DNA of 57,759 nt, from the IMG/VR virus record IMGVR_UViG_3300046011_007876, positions 1 through 57,759 of that record; one strand, written 5' to 3'. Below the pieces are notes generated by a model. It was not told where the DNA came from, did not search any database, and saw only the letters and a list, made by a program, of their open reading frames with translations. Shown in pieces: positions 1 to 8,611 of the stretch; within the stretch, counting starts at the first letter, position 1, and the number at the start of each line of letters is the position of its first letter. Source of the stretch: a virus. Lineage: Duplodnaviria > Caudoviricetes. Position numbers and translations under genes: made by a program.

Positions 1-190
1 CCCAAAGTTTATTTAAGTCTAAAACAGAATCCCATTTGCAGTTAGTAGTTCCATAAGGCAAATCGCAAATAATAGCATCAATTGATTTATCATCAATAAA
101 AGGAAAAACATCAAAGCAATCAGCTTTCACAAAAGTACTGCCACTAACACGTGTTTGGCAAAATGGCTGTTCAGTAATTCTATCAATCAT
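1..190 (-). CDS. Site-specific DNA amino-methyltransferase (N6A/N4C, beta class), 5' part; runs off the window
   Basis: My translation: [57 protein letters not shown]...[11 protein letters not shown] is the typical start and DPPY-type motif IV. Not in the ORF track. Confidence 0.85.
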   Translation of the reverse strand, partial: MIDRITEQPFCQTRVSGSTFVKADCFDVFPFIDDKSIDAIICDLPYGTTNCKWDSVLDLNKLW

Positions 191-267
191 TCGTTCTTAA
201 TTTTAAAGTTTAGTAATTCTATTTAAGTTCTGGTTCAGCCACTTCGCCAAGCCCGATAACGTTATGT
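142..267 (+). mobile_element. attC-like recombination site 1
   Basis: CACTAAC (142-148) ... GTTATGT (261-267) enclose the inverted repeat TTGGCAAAATGGCTG (155-169) / CAGCCACTTCGCCAA (236-250), 13/15 complementary. Confidence 0.7.
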
Positions 268-288
268 GTAAGTGTTCCACCATTCCTT

Positions 289-636
289 CTAATCAACATA
301 TATTTTGTCACCAAATTTTGAATACATAAACATCATTAACAATTCCGCTTCCATATCAACAGAAGAATAGTGTGAGATAACCTCTTCACCGTTTTGATTT
401 AATTGATGTTTTTTTTCAATGAACTCACCTAATTCATCACAGTAATCGGAAAAGATTTTTTTATCTAATACCACATCGCAAATATTTATCAATCGCCACA
501 TCAAATAAATTTGTAAACTACACCCATAACCATATTCAACTATATGTTCACAATCTTTTGGCACTTGACCATTTGTTTTAAATTCGTATTTTTTCATATT
601 TTTTTCTTTTAAAATTTTGTGATTAATAATCCACAC
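289..636 (-). CDS. Hypothetical cassette-borne protein (real start possibly MKKYEF, near 597)
   Basis: ORF fills the space between two attC-like sites. Confidence 0.7.
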   Translation of the reverse strand: MWIINHKILKEKNMKKYEFKTNGQVPKDCEHIVEYGYGCSLQIYLMWRLINICDVVLDKKIFSDYCDELGEFIEKKHQLNQNGEEVISHYSSVDMEAELLMMFMYSKFGDKIYVD

Positions 637-640
637 CTAC

Positions 641-694
641 ACATAACAAAGTGTAAAAAACATTAAAACGATTTTTTACACTCAACCGTTATAA
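641..694 (+). mobile_element. attC-like recombination site 2 (short)
   Basis: ACATAAC (641-647), AGTGTAAAAAA (650-660) / TTTTTTACACT (672-682) perfect inverted repeat, GTTATAA (688-694). 636-647 is complementary (11/12) to 261-272. Confidence 0.7.
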
Positions 695-778
695 CCATTC
701 GGCCATATTATTTTTATCACTTCTACCCATTTGGTCATAAACCTCATCCAAATAAACATCTATTCTAACGTAACTCAT
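689..778 (-). pseudogene. 29-aa ORF, possibly a gene truncated by cassette insertion
   Basis: MSYVRIDVYLDEVYDQMGRSDKNNMAEWL*. It has its own promoter at 794-801, and its stop codon coincides with the TTA of the attC core GTTA. Confidence 0.45.
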
Positions 779-793
779 TTTTTTATATTTTTA

Positions 794-801
794 CAAAGTT
801 A
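794..801 (-). promoter_or_regulatory. Bacteroidota-type -7 promoter element (TAACTTTG) pointing into the cassette array
   Basis: Matches TAnnTTTG; lies just downstream of the ligase terminator. Confidence 0.6.
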
Positions 802-803
802 AT

Positions 804-840
804 AAAAAAAAGTGACTCAACCAAATTAATGGGAGTCACC
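804..840 (-). terminator. Probable intrinsic terminator after the RNA ligase
   Basis: GTGACTC...GAGTCAC stem followed by a T-run on the minus strand. Confidence 0.55.
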
Positions 841-1959
841 TACGTTATTTTTTTCACCATATATCAAGTAGTCAGGGTTGATTACTTTTGATACTTTTCT
901 ACGGTCACCAGTTATAGATTTAACAACAACACCTTCGTGTGGTACTTTGGTACTTTCTATGTTATTATTAAACACAAAAGTATCTTGTATTTCTTTAACC
1001 CATATACCCTGGTATAACAATTCAACCTGTGGTAATTGTAAACAATCAAAATGTACGGTTTCATTTATGTATGGTTGATACACTCCATCAACTTGGACAT
1101 CAAAACCGGCAAATTTAACATCAGTCAACCCATATTCGTAGTTTTTTTGTATACCGGCTCCGTATATCTCACCATATATTACAAAACCTTCGGTTAAATC
1201 AAGTGGCTCATAAGTATCTTTTACGTGATCCCACAACTTACCTCTTATATCGTATTGGTTTGCCACAGTTTTCCATACATCGGTGTCGTAGAATCCTTGA
1301 GAGTCGGATCCCTTTTCTACGTTATGAGAACCATAAACATATTCAAATGCTACCCATTTATTTCCAAAGAACATTTTAACACGGTCCAATAAAGAAAGTT
1401 TTTTCTTTCTTACGATTCCATATCTGGCATTTGTTCCGTGTAACTTACGAGTTATAACAACCTCATCTTCTTCATTGAACATATCTGGTACATTCTTCTG
1501 GTTAGGAAACTTGTAGTAAACGTGGAAGTTGGGGTTTTGGTGGTATTTTATTTTACGTCCACCAACACTTAACTGAACGGTTTTAACTGGGGGTTCGTAT
1601 TTAGTTACACCCAATATAGTCATCATATCATCACCTTCGTTTACATTGTTCTCCAAAGATTTTGGTGCCAAGTATTTGAATGGTATTAATAAGCATTCAG
1701 AATAAACTCCACGAAGTTTAACAGTGCGGACTCTTTGCCCTTTGCGAAGGTAGTTAGTTACACCCATTAAATCAGATAAATCCTGTGGTATTACAGCATC
1801 AGTAGTTGCAACAACAACCTTATCACCAACTTGATATTCACCTTTTTTGGTTATGGCGTTCCATCCACCAACAGTTACTAATTCTATATTATCAGCACCT
1901 GGTATTTCAGACACGGATCCTATTTTTCCTACGTATGCAACACTATTTAAATTTTTCAT
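826..1959 (-). CDS. ATP-dependent RNA ligase (Rnl2/DRB0094-like) with N-terminal OB-like domain
   Basis: Motifs KLHGTN (I), YGEIYG (III), FAGFDV (IIIa), EGVV (IV), KVIN (V); N-terminal IPGADNIEL. Confidence 0.9.
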   Translation of the reverse strand: MKNLNSVAYVGKIGSVSEIPGADNIELVTVGGWNAITKKGEYQVGDKVVVATTDAVIPQDLSDLMGVTNYLRKGQRVRTVKLRGVYSECLLIPFKYLAPKSLENNVNEGDDMMTILGVTKYEPPVKTVQLSVGGRKIKYHQNPNFHVYYKFPNQKNVPDMFNEEDEVVITRKLHGTNARYGIVRKKKLSLLDRVKMFFGNKWVAFEYVYGSHNVEKGSDSQGFYDTDVWKTVANQYDIRGKLWDHVKDTYEPLDLTEGFVIYGEIYGAGIQKNYEYGLTDVKFAGFDVQVDGVYQPYINETVHFDCLQLPQVELLYQGIWVKEIQDTFVFNNNIESTKVPHEGVVVKSITGDRRKVSKVINPDYLIYGEKNNVGDSH

Positions 1960-1961
1960 TT

Positions 1962-2222
1962 TTATATATTTTCAAATTCTTCTTTTACTGAATCAATTTC
2001 TTCTTTCAATCTTTCAAGTTCTTTGGATAACATCTCTTTAATGGCTCCTTTGTTATAAAGACTAACCTCATCTTTTCTTGGAAAAGACCCTCCTATTGAG
2101 TAACCAATTGTCACACCTAAAGAACAAGATTTTAACGCAGATTCCAATTTATACTTCTGTCTTTCCAACCTATCAAGATCTTCTTTAATTTTTTTTGCTT
2201 TTTCAAATTTTTCTAATTCCAT
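1962..2222 (-). CDS. Hypothetical coiled-coil protein
   Basis: ORF tightly packed in the operon. Confidence 0.75.
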   Translation of the reverse strand: MELEKFEKAKKIKEDLDRLERQKYKLESALKSCSLGVTIGYSIGGSFPRKDEVSLYNKGAIKEMLSKELERLKEEIDSVKEEFENI

Positions 2223-2353
2223 CAGTCATTCATTTTTAAACTAGGTGTTAATAACAAAGCAAAAAGACACATAGCACTTCCTGTAAAGTAAACTGCGGTT
2301 CCTATTAATCCAAAGAAACCTAAATAAATCAAACTAATTCCTAAATATTTCAT
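2222..2353 (-). CDS. 43-aa membrane protein
   Basis: My translation: MKYLGISLIYLGFFGLIGTAVYFTGSAMCLFALLLTPSLKMND. TGATG overlap with the next gene; promoter 4 nt upstream. Confidence 0.7.
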   Translation of the reverse strand: MKYLGISLIYLGFFGLIGTAVYFTGSAMCLFALLLTPSLKMND

Positions 2354-2357
2354 ATCA

Positions 2358-2365
2358 CAAAGGTA
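2358..2365 (-). promoter_or_regulatory. TAnnTTTG promoter element, 4 nt before ATG
   Basis: TACCTTTG-tgat-ATG. Confidence 0.65.
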
Positions 2366-2377
2366 TAAATAATTTTT

Positions 2378-2899
2378 TTAATTATCACTATCTTCTTCAA
2401 GATATTTCTTCATTGATTTTGGTTCAACAAAATCCCACTTTTTACTTTCAAATTCTTCAATCCATTCTTTCAAATCTTCTCTTGTCCATATTGGTCCAAA
2501 AGAAGGTCTGTATTGGAATGGTACATTATCTTTATTTTCCCACTCATCAAGTCGTTGTGTTACATCATCAATAAAGTTTTTAGTTTTAGTGTGTTTAATC
2601 CACTCTCTGTAATCGTCTTCAGATTTAATAAACATAACATCACCATAATTATAAAACTCCATTTCAGGAAATTCTAAATTGGGGTTGTTGGTATAAACAT
2701 CAACAATACCATTGTCTCCGTAATATGAATCACAAAGTTCTCTTAAAGAATATAAACTACTTGGTCTTTCTTCCCAGACACTACCGAACTGACGGACAGA
2801 ACAGATATACAAATACCCATCTTCATAAGAATTTATTTTATATTCAATTTTATTTCGTAATGAAATAAGTTCGTCCATTGTTAGTTTATCTAAGTTCAT
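2378..2899 (-). CDS. Hypothetical protein
   Basis: 173-aa ORF, ATGA overlap with the upstream gene. Confidence 0.8.
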   Translation of the reverse strand: MNLDKLTMDELISLRNKIEYKINSYEDGYLYICSVRQFGSVWEERPSSLYSLRELCDSYYGDNGIVDVYTNNPNLEFPEMEFYNYGDVMFIKSEDDYREWIKHTKTKNFIDDVTQRLDEWENKDNVPFQYRPSFGPIWTREDLKEWIEEFESKKWDFVEPKSMKKYLEEDSDN

Positions 2900-3147
2900 A
2901 GTATTATGTATGTTGATAAAGCATTACGTATCATTCTAATTTTTTCAAGTATTTCTTCTGGCGTTTCTTTAACTTTGAAACCTCCGTTATTATGTGTTGT
3001 TACACCAACCACAGTATGTTTTTTTGATATTGGTTCTCCTTGATGCCACATTTGACTTTCCTTTACTTCGTAAAAATGTCCAATTTCATTAATATTGATG
3101 TAAATGAAACTATCGTCTTTATGGGATGTTAATTTAATTAGTTTCAT
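2896..3147 (-). CDS. FlbD-like small phage protein
   Basis: IKLT...IYININEI...VKETPEEILEKI pattern. Confidence 0.6.
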   Translation of the reverse strand: MKLIKLTSHKDDSFIYININEIGHFYEVKESQMWHQGEPISKKHTVVGVTTHNNGGFKVKETPEEILEKIRMIRNALSTYIIL

Positions 3148-3148
3148 A

Positions 3149-3532
3149 TTATTTCTCTTTTTGTTCTACAATCTCAATTAGCTTTTCAAGACAAACAAGT
3201 TCTGCTTTTTCATAAGTTTTGTAACCATCTTTTGATAAATCACGCGAACCATATTTAAACTTACCTGTTTTATACCAAAAGCAATTCATATCAGTTATCC
3301 AAAAAATTTCAGATTGTAACTGATACTTCTCTCTAAACCATCTAAATGCTTGTTGCCAAGTTAGTGCTAAAATATAATCTTCCTCTCCTTCCAAAAAATC
3401 TATTGTTGCTAATTGAATATCAATTTTCTTATATTCTTCTTGTTCTGTGTACCAATATCCAAAACAAGGCTCATCAAATCCAAGTTGCTTCATCTTTAAA
3501 GCTAACTCATAAGGTACAAATTCTTTTTCCAT
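3149..3532 (-). CDS. Hypothetical protein, tandem paralog A
   Basis: MEKEFVPYELALKMKQLGFDEPC...QAFRWFREKY...CLEKLIEIV. Confidence 0.8.
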   Translation of the reverse strand: MEKEFVPYELALKMKQLGFDEPCFGYWYTEQEEYKKIDIQLATIDFLEGEEDYILALTWQQAFRWFREKYQLQSEIFWITDMNCFWYKTGKFKYGSRDLSKDGYKTYEKAELVCLEKLIEIVEQKEK

Positions 3533-3741
3533 TCTATTCTGATTTAATTTGTTCTACAATTTCAATTAACTTTTCAAGACAAGCAAGTTCTGTTTCTTCG
3601 TAAGTTTTATAATCATTTTTTGATAAATCACGTGAACTATATTTAAACTTACCTGTTTTATACCAAAAACAGTTCATATCAGTTATCCAAAGAATTTCAG
3701 ATTGTAACTGATACTTCTCTCTAAACCATCTAAATGCTTGT
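3161..3741. repeat. 193-bp direct repeat (3161-3353 and 3549-3741)
   Basis: Manual alignment gives 14 mismatches and no gaps. Confidence 0.9.
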
Positions 3742-3947
3742 GAGTAGGTTGGTGCCGATGTAAAATGTTCAGGAATTTCAGAGTTCTTACAAGTGGCAAA
3801 ACCTGTTCTAATATACTCATCTCTATCATCAACACCACAAGGTTTTTCTTCAAAGTTCTCTACTTGATAAAAAGCAAAACAAGACCCATTATACCCAAGT
3901 TTTTTCATCCTTAAAGCAAGTGAGTATATAACAAATTCTTTTTCCAT
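3534..3947 (-). CDS. Hypothetical protein, tandem paralog B (start corrected to 3947)
   Basis: MEKEFVIYSLALRMKKLG matches the paralog A start; TATCTTTG (3952-3959) lies 4 nt upstream. Confidence 0.8.
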   Translation of the reverse strand: MEKEFVIYSLALRMKKLGYNGSCFAFYQVENFEEKPCGVDDRDEYIRTGFATCKNSEIPEHFTSAPTYSQAFRWFREKYQLQSEILWITDMNCFWYKTGKFKYSSRDLSKNDYKTYEETELACLEKLIEIVEQIKSE

Positions 3948-3948
3948 A

Positions 3949-4371
3949 TCACAAAGATAAATGTTTTTTTGCATTTTCCAAAAATAATTCAATATTTTTT
4001 TTACCAACAGGATTTGCCGAATGGACCAAATATTCCGGTAATGGTTGGTTTTCATCCGCACAATATTCAACAAGGAATTTAGCACAATCAAGTCCAGTTT
4101 TTTCTTTGATGTTGTCGTAATCCAAAGTTCCTTTGGTTGCAACATTTCTAAAATATTCATCCATTGCAGTATCACCAAGGTCGTGATCAAATGATACAAA
4201 TTCAGGAGCACCATTTACTTCTAAGTATTGTACGAACTCGTCATAGTTTCTTACAACATCCCAATCATTCTCCCAATAAAACTTATTATGTTTATCAGGA
4301 ACCAATCCTATTGCGTCCTTTGGTGAACGCACGTCATCTAAAAAAAGTTTACAATTCTTCATATAATCCAT
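3949..4371 (-). CDS. Cyclic-phosphate-processing receiver-like domain protein
   Basis: LFLDDVR, VVRNYDEF, SFDHDLG, TGLDCAKFL, VHSANPVG. Confidence 0.75.
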   Translation of the reverse strand: MDYMKNCKLFLDDVRSPKDAIGLVPDKHNKFYWENDWDVVRNYDEFVQYLEVNGAPEFVSFDHDLGDTAMDEYFRNVATKGTLDYDNIKEKTGLDCAKFLVEYCADENQPLPEYLVHSANPVGKKNIELFLENAKKHLSL

Positions 4372-4891
4372 TTTCTTCGTCGTCTTTCATCATTTGTGTT
4401 AATCTAGCTTCTCTCGAATACTTTCGTATAAGTTTGAATATCTCTGTAATATCCGTAAATTCAGATACAGGACTATCATTTCTTCCTGGAAGAAATATTA
4501 AAGTAAATCCGTGATTTGCCTCAAACTTTTCGGTAACTCTAATTCCACAGATTTCATCAATATAAACCCAAGGAAAGTTTCCCGATAGTTTTACATCAAT
4601 TCCTATTTTTTTCAATCTTTCAACAAACCTTGTAATCTTATCACCGGTTAGTTTTGTTGGACTTTCAGTTTCCACGTAAGTCCCAAATTTAGTTTCTTTT
4701 ATTTTCATACTAGAATTTTTCCATTCTTTCCAAACATCAAAGTCTTTAAGTTTTTCTAAAAACTCATCATCCATTTTTTTTGCTTGTTCAAATAATTCAT
4801 CAAACCTATCCCAATTTAAGTTAAGAAATGTTGTATCACCATCTTTTTCAAATTGTTCTTTTAACCATTTTAACGTCTGTTTTACTTCCAT
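4349..4891 (-). CDS. Hypothetical protein
   Basis: 180-aa ORF in the operon. Confidence 0.75.
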   Translation of the reverse strand: MEVKQTLKWLKEQFEKDGDTTFLNLNWDRFDELFEQAKKMDDEFLEKLKDFDVWKEWKNSSMKIKETKFGTYVETESPTKLTGDKITRFVERLKKIGIDVKLSGNFPWVYIDEICGIRVTEKFEANHGFTLIFLPGRNDSPVSEFTDITEIFKLIRKYSREARLTQMMKDDEENGLYEEL

Positions 4892-5048
4892 AACATTCTA
4901 ATTTTTTATCTTTAACATTCCACAAATCTTTTTTTCCCTCAGTCATATGACAATTGTGTTTCTTACCAGTTCTGTCGGCAAAATCAACAATCATATCATT
5001 ATGACGATTACGAATAAAGTGGGGACATTCTTTACAAGGTTTTTTCAT
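4848..5048 (-). CDS. Small Cys/His-rich (probable Zn-binding) protein
   Basis: KPCKECP...CH...C. Confidence 0.65.
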   Translation of the reverse strand: MKKPCKECPHFIRNRHNDMIVDFADRTGKKHNCHMTEGKKDLWNVKDKKLECYGSKTDVKMVKRTI

Positions 5049-5052
5049 AATA

Positions 5053-5265
5053 CTAAACCTTTACCCAACCAAATTTATTTTCAGAACTAACTTTAATTAA
5101 ACCTTTCTCAACCAAATCATATGCAATATTCCAAGATTTATATGCGATTACTTTTTCATAACCTTTTTTGTCTTTAGTTATTAAATAGATATTATCAAAT
5201 TGCCAAACAATACCTTCTTTTTCTAAGACATCCATAAATAATTGTTCCTTCTTTGTTAATTTCAT
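5053..5265 (-). CDS. Hypothetical protein
   Basis: ORF with TATCTTTG (5270-5277) 4 nt upstream. Confidence 0.75.
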   Translation of the reverse strand: MKLTKKEQLFMDVLEKEGIVWQFDNIYLITKDKKGYEKVIAYKSWNIAYDLVEKGLIKVSSENKFGWVKV

Positions 5266-5301
5266 AAGACAAAGATAGAAAATTATTTTAAATTAACCAA
5301 A

Positions 5302-6531
5302 TTATTTTTTGTATTTGTAGGAAGTTTCTATTGGTCTTTTACCATATCTTTTTTCCATAAGTTTTTGGTGTAATTCCCAATCTAATATAGATTCATTTGT
5401 TTGACCTTTTTCGTCAGGAATTAATGAATAAACTTTTGATATTCTTTTAATTAGTTTTGTTGCAACATAATTAAATCTTTCACATTCATCTTTGAAAAAG
5501 TCCATCTCTCTATTTTCATATTTTGTTACGTGATTACGATATTTGTTAAGAAGTTTTGTTTTGCTTTCTGATGGTGCTTTTCCTCCAAACAATTGTGAAA
5601 AAGGTCCCATTTTTGAAAACATAGTTTCTTTAATGGATAAAATATATTTTTCAAAAAATTCCATTTTTGTGTTTGATAAATTAATATAAACTAACTCTAA
5701 AACCATTTTTATATTTTCTTTGGGTGAATTTTCTTTTGGATTTTCTCCGGCGTGTTCAAGTAAAGCAAAAACTCTATCCATTTGATCGTACAAACTTTGA
5801 ATTAAATATTCAAAAGAAAAATTTTGTATTTTCTTTAATTCTTTAATTACATCATCATTCATTAAAAATTCATAAAAATTTTCTCTTGTAATTCCTTTTT
5901 GAGTCATTCTTGATGCAACTTCTGTTGGTCTAACCACATTTTCTTCATTTTGAATAAAATAACTATATCTCATAAATTCATTAATAACTGGTATTCCAAA
6001 GTTTAGTCGACCTGAAGAGTAAGTTTGGTAATCCGCAGTATCACCGGCTAATCCTTTTGTTTTTTTACTTCTTTTAAATCTGTGCATTAATTCATGAGCC
6101 ATTGTTGATATATTTTGTGTTTCATATTGTATAAAACTATTATATAAATCACTTGGTTGCCATCCTTCTGGAACAATAAACTGAATAAATAAATCAATAG
6201 TTGATGTTTCAGCGTTAATTTGCATCATAATACCCTCATCAAAATTAAATTCATTTCCAACACCCATTGAAGCAATTACAGCTTCAGTACCATCATATTC
6301 CTCTAATTCTTCAACTTTTATAAGTAAATTTAAATTTGTAAAATTTACATCAGAAACCCTTAAATCAATTTCAATATCTTCAAATAAGTATTCTTCTTCA
6401 GTTGAGTTAATTTCTTTTAATTTACTTTTAACAATATCATATAGTACTTTTCCTTCATCAAGAATATTTTCTGGAACACCTACGGCCTCTTTGATTAATT
6501 TTAATTGAGATTCTGTTATAATGATTTTCAT
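5302..6531 (-). CDS. Putative zincin-like (HExxH) protein, probably head-packaged
   Basis: TMAHELMH with a downstream NEE; N-terminal MKIIITESQLKLIKE; TATTTAT upstream. Confidence 0.6.
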   Translation of the reverse strand: MKIIITESQLKLIKEAVGVPENILDEGKVLYDIVKSKLKEINSTEEEYLFEDIEIDLRVSDVNFTNLNLLIKVEELEEYDGTEAVIASMGVGNEFNFDEGIMMQINAETSTIDLFIQFIVPEGWQPSDLYNSFIQYETQNISTMAHELMHRFKRSKKTKGLAGDTADYQTYSSGRLNFGIPVINEFMRYSYFIQNEENVVRPTEVASRMTQKGITRENFYEFLMNDDVIKELKKIQNFSFEYLIQSLYDQMDRVFALLEHAGENPKENSPKENIKMVLELVYINLSNTKMEFFEKYILSIKETMFSKMGPFSQLFGGKAPSESKTKLLNKYRNHVTKYENREMDFFKDECERFNYVATKLIKRISKVYSLIPDEKGQTNESILDWELHQKLMEKRYGKRPIETSYKYKK

Positions 6532-6557
6532 AATAATAAATATAATAGAGTTGTGAT

Positions 6558-7211
6558 TTAACCCACAACTCCTATTAAATTGTCTAAATGGTGATCTCCG
6601 GATATATCAGACCCTACCGGTCTTTTATTCATCATTTTAATGATATCTGAAATATCATATGGATTCATACCATTTCCATCCATTCCAACATCCAATCTTT
6701 TTCCGTTACCAAATTTATTTTCTCTACCTAAATGAACGTGACCATGTAAATGAATTACACCTTTGTTTAGACCGTTCCAGCTTTGGAGTGGGTAATGACA
6801 TAATACAAAGCTTACATCGTTAATTTTAACTTCAAGATAATGGTTGACACTTAAAAACCGATTTTGTATGTCACCTCTGTTATTTTCAATATGATGGTCG
6901 TGATTTCCTAATATTAGATGAATGTTTTTGCAAACCAATCTATCAAGGAATAATCCTATATTATCAAAACCACCAAATGAAACATCACCTAACATTATTA
7001 GTGTGTCGTCTTGTCTTACCATATTGTTAATACCATCAATAATTCTTTCGTTCATTTGTTCAATAGTTTCAAAATCCCTAACCGAATCAACTGGTATTTC
7101 ACCATCCTGGGTTCTCCAGTTTGTCACACCACGAACAATATTTTTATGACCGTAGTGTGTGTCTGAAGTTATGAATACTTTTCCTGTTGTTAATATTTTT
7201 TTAAAGTTCAT
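6558..7211 (-). CDS. Calcineurin-like metallophosphoesterase
   Basis: SDTHYGH, LGDVS, GNHD, CHYP, HGHVH motifs. Confidence 0.9.
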   Translation of the reverse strand: MNFKKILTTGKVFITSDTHYGHKNIVRGVTNWRTQDGEIPVDSVRDFETIEQMNERIIDGINNMVRQDDTLIMLGDVSFGGFDNIGLFLDRLVCKNIHLILGNHDHHIENNRGDIQNRFLSVNHYLEVKINDVSFVLCHYPLQSWNGLNKGVIHLHGHVHLGRENKFGNGKRLDVGMDGNGMNPYDISDIIKMMNKRPVGSDISGDHHLDNLIGVVG

Positions 7212-7223
7212 AATTTTTATTTT

Positions 7224-8177
7224 TTAAGGTAAAACATCACCGGTATAATTAACACTTATCCTTGGATAATCACTGATTCTTCTTGTTACTTCATATTCAC
7301 CTTGGTTTGGTAAATCATCGATTGATCCTACTGGTTTCATATACTGTTCAGATGTCCAATTACTATTATAACGATTAAGATCCATTAAACTTCTTATTCT
7401 GTCAAGTATAGTTGGACCGTCTTCCGCTCCAATATTACCTTGGTGAATATTAATTATATCTGAAATAGAAACTGGTTTATTTCTGGTTTCACCATAAATC
7501 AAATCAATTGTTCTTTCATTTTTTTGTAATTCTTTTCTAATCTTTAAAAAGATTTCATCCGGAATCCAATCTATAAACATTGGACTAACTTCACTATCGT
7601 CTGCGGTCCAAGCTTGGAATTTATCGTCACCATAATCTCTTGAGAAAGCGATTTTAGTATCAATTTTTTTATTAATACAATAAACTAACCTATGTGTTTT
7701 TAAGTATTTGTCCCAATATCTTTCTTGTGTTGTACACCATTTTGTATTTGATCCGTAAACCCTTGAGGCATCAAAACTTAAAGGTGTTAATACTAACCAG
7801 GTGTCATCTTCGTGTATTTTTAAAATTTGTTTTTCAACTTCTTTTTGTTTTTCAATATCTTCAGCAATCTTAACTTGTTCGTGTAATTCAAGAAAATTGT
7901 TATATTTACTAATGTCTTTTTCTTTTATTCTATTAGCTCTTGAGTGTCTTTCAAATTCATTTAAAACTTCAATTTCATTTGAGCCGAACAAAAATACCCC
8001 TAGATAACCTTTAAGTTCATCCAAATTTGGACTGTAATATTGGTTATCCCTTTTAAAGTTTTTAATTAAAAACTCGGTATACTTGTAAGTACCAGTCGGA
8101 TCTAATGATGTTATTATATCAATTAATGATACATTTAAATCCGAATGTTGTTCTTTAAGTTTGTCTAATCTACTCAT
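7224..8177 (-). CDS. Protein with WCT-motif (PcfJ-like) domain
   Basis: IHEDDTWLVLTP...SRVYGSNTKWCTT; related to part of 16163-18118. Confidence 0.55.
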   Translation of the reverse strand: MSRLDKLKEQHSDLNVSLIDIITSLDPTGTYKYTEFLIKNFKRDNQYYSPNLDELKGYLGVFLFGSNEIEVLNEFERHSRANRIKEKDISKYNNFLELHEQVKIAEDIEKQKEVEKQILKIHEDDTWLVLTPLSFDASRVYGSNTKWCTTQERYWDKYLKTHRLVYCINKKIDTKIAFSRDYGDDKFQAWTADDSEVSPMFIDWIPDEIFLKIRKELQKNERTIDLIYGETRNKPVSISDIINIHQGNIGAEDGPTILDRIRSLMDLNRYNSNWTSEQYMKPVGSIDDLPNQGEYEVTRRISDYPRISVNYTGDVLP

Positions 8178-8578
8178 AATTTATACTCAAAACGATTTTT
8201 CATTTGTTCTATTTTATCTTCTGGAACATTGTGTTCGTTAGTTCCTCCGTGTCTGTTTTCAACAATTATAGTAAAAACTTTATATCCATATTTTTTTGCT
8301 AACTCAAAATATGGTTCCATTTCCCATTCTTGTGTAAATGTATTTGAAACTGTAATTCTATCTGTGTTTACTTGGTCTCCTTTTGTTTGCATCCAGGCTT
8401 CAGTTTGTGCTATACAATATTCGTGAGCAAACTTAATTTTTGACCCATCGAATTTGTAATTACCTTCACCATCCATAAAATATTGGTCAGCTTCAACTAT
8501 AATTGAGTTTAATGTTCTGGCAAATGTTGTTTTTCCTGATCCCGGAATTCCTCTAACTATGTATAATATTTTTTCCAT
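8174..8578 (-). CDS. P-loop kinase (AAA_33 / polynucleotide kinase-like)
   Basis: IVRGIPGSGKTT, EADQYF, VSNTF, HNVP. Confidence 0.85.
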   Translation of the reverse strand: MEKILYIVRGIPGSGKTTFARTLNSIIVEADQYFMDGEGNYKFDGSKIKFAHEYCIAQTEAWMQTKGDQVNTDRITVSNTFTQEWEMEPYFELAKKYGYKVFTIIVENRHGGTNEHNVPEDKIEQMKNRFEYKL

Positions 8579-8611
8579 ATTACAAAATTAAGAAATAAAC
8601 TTTAATAAAAC

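Noticed and set aside
3161-3741. Repeat pair as a diversity-generating retroelement TR/VR
   Set aside because: Mismatches are mixed C/T and A/G transitions, not adenine-specific; both copies are coding; no reverse transcriptase in the window.
3948-4214. N-terminal extension of ORF 3534..4214
   Set aside because: Overlaps the receiver-like gene; paralogy and the promoter place the start at 3947.
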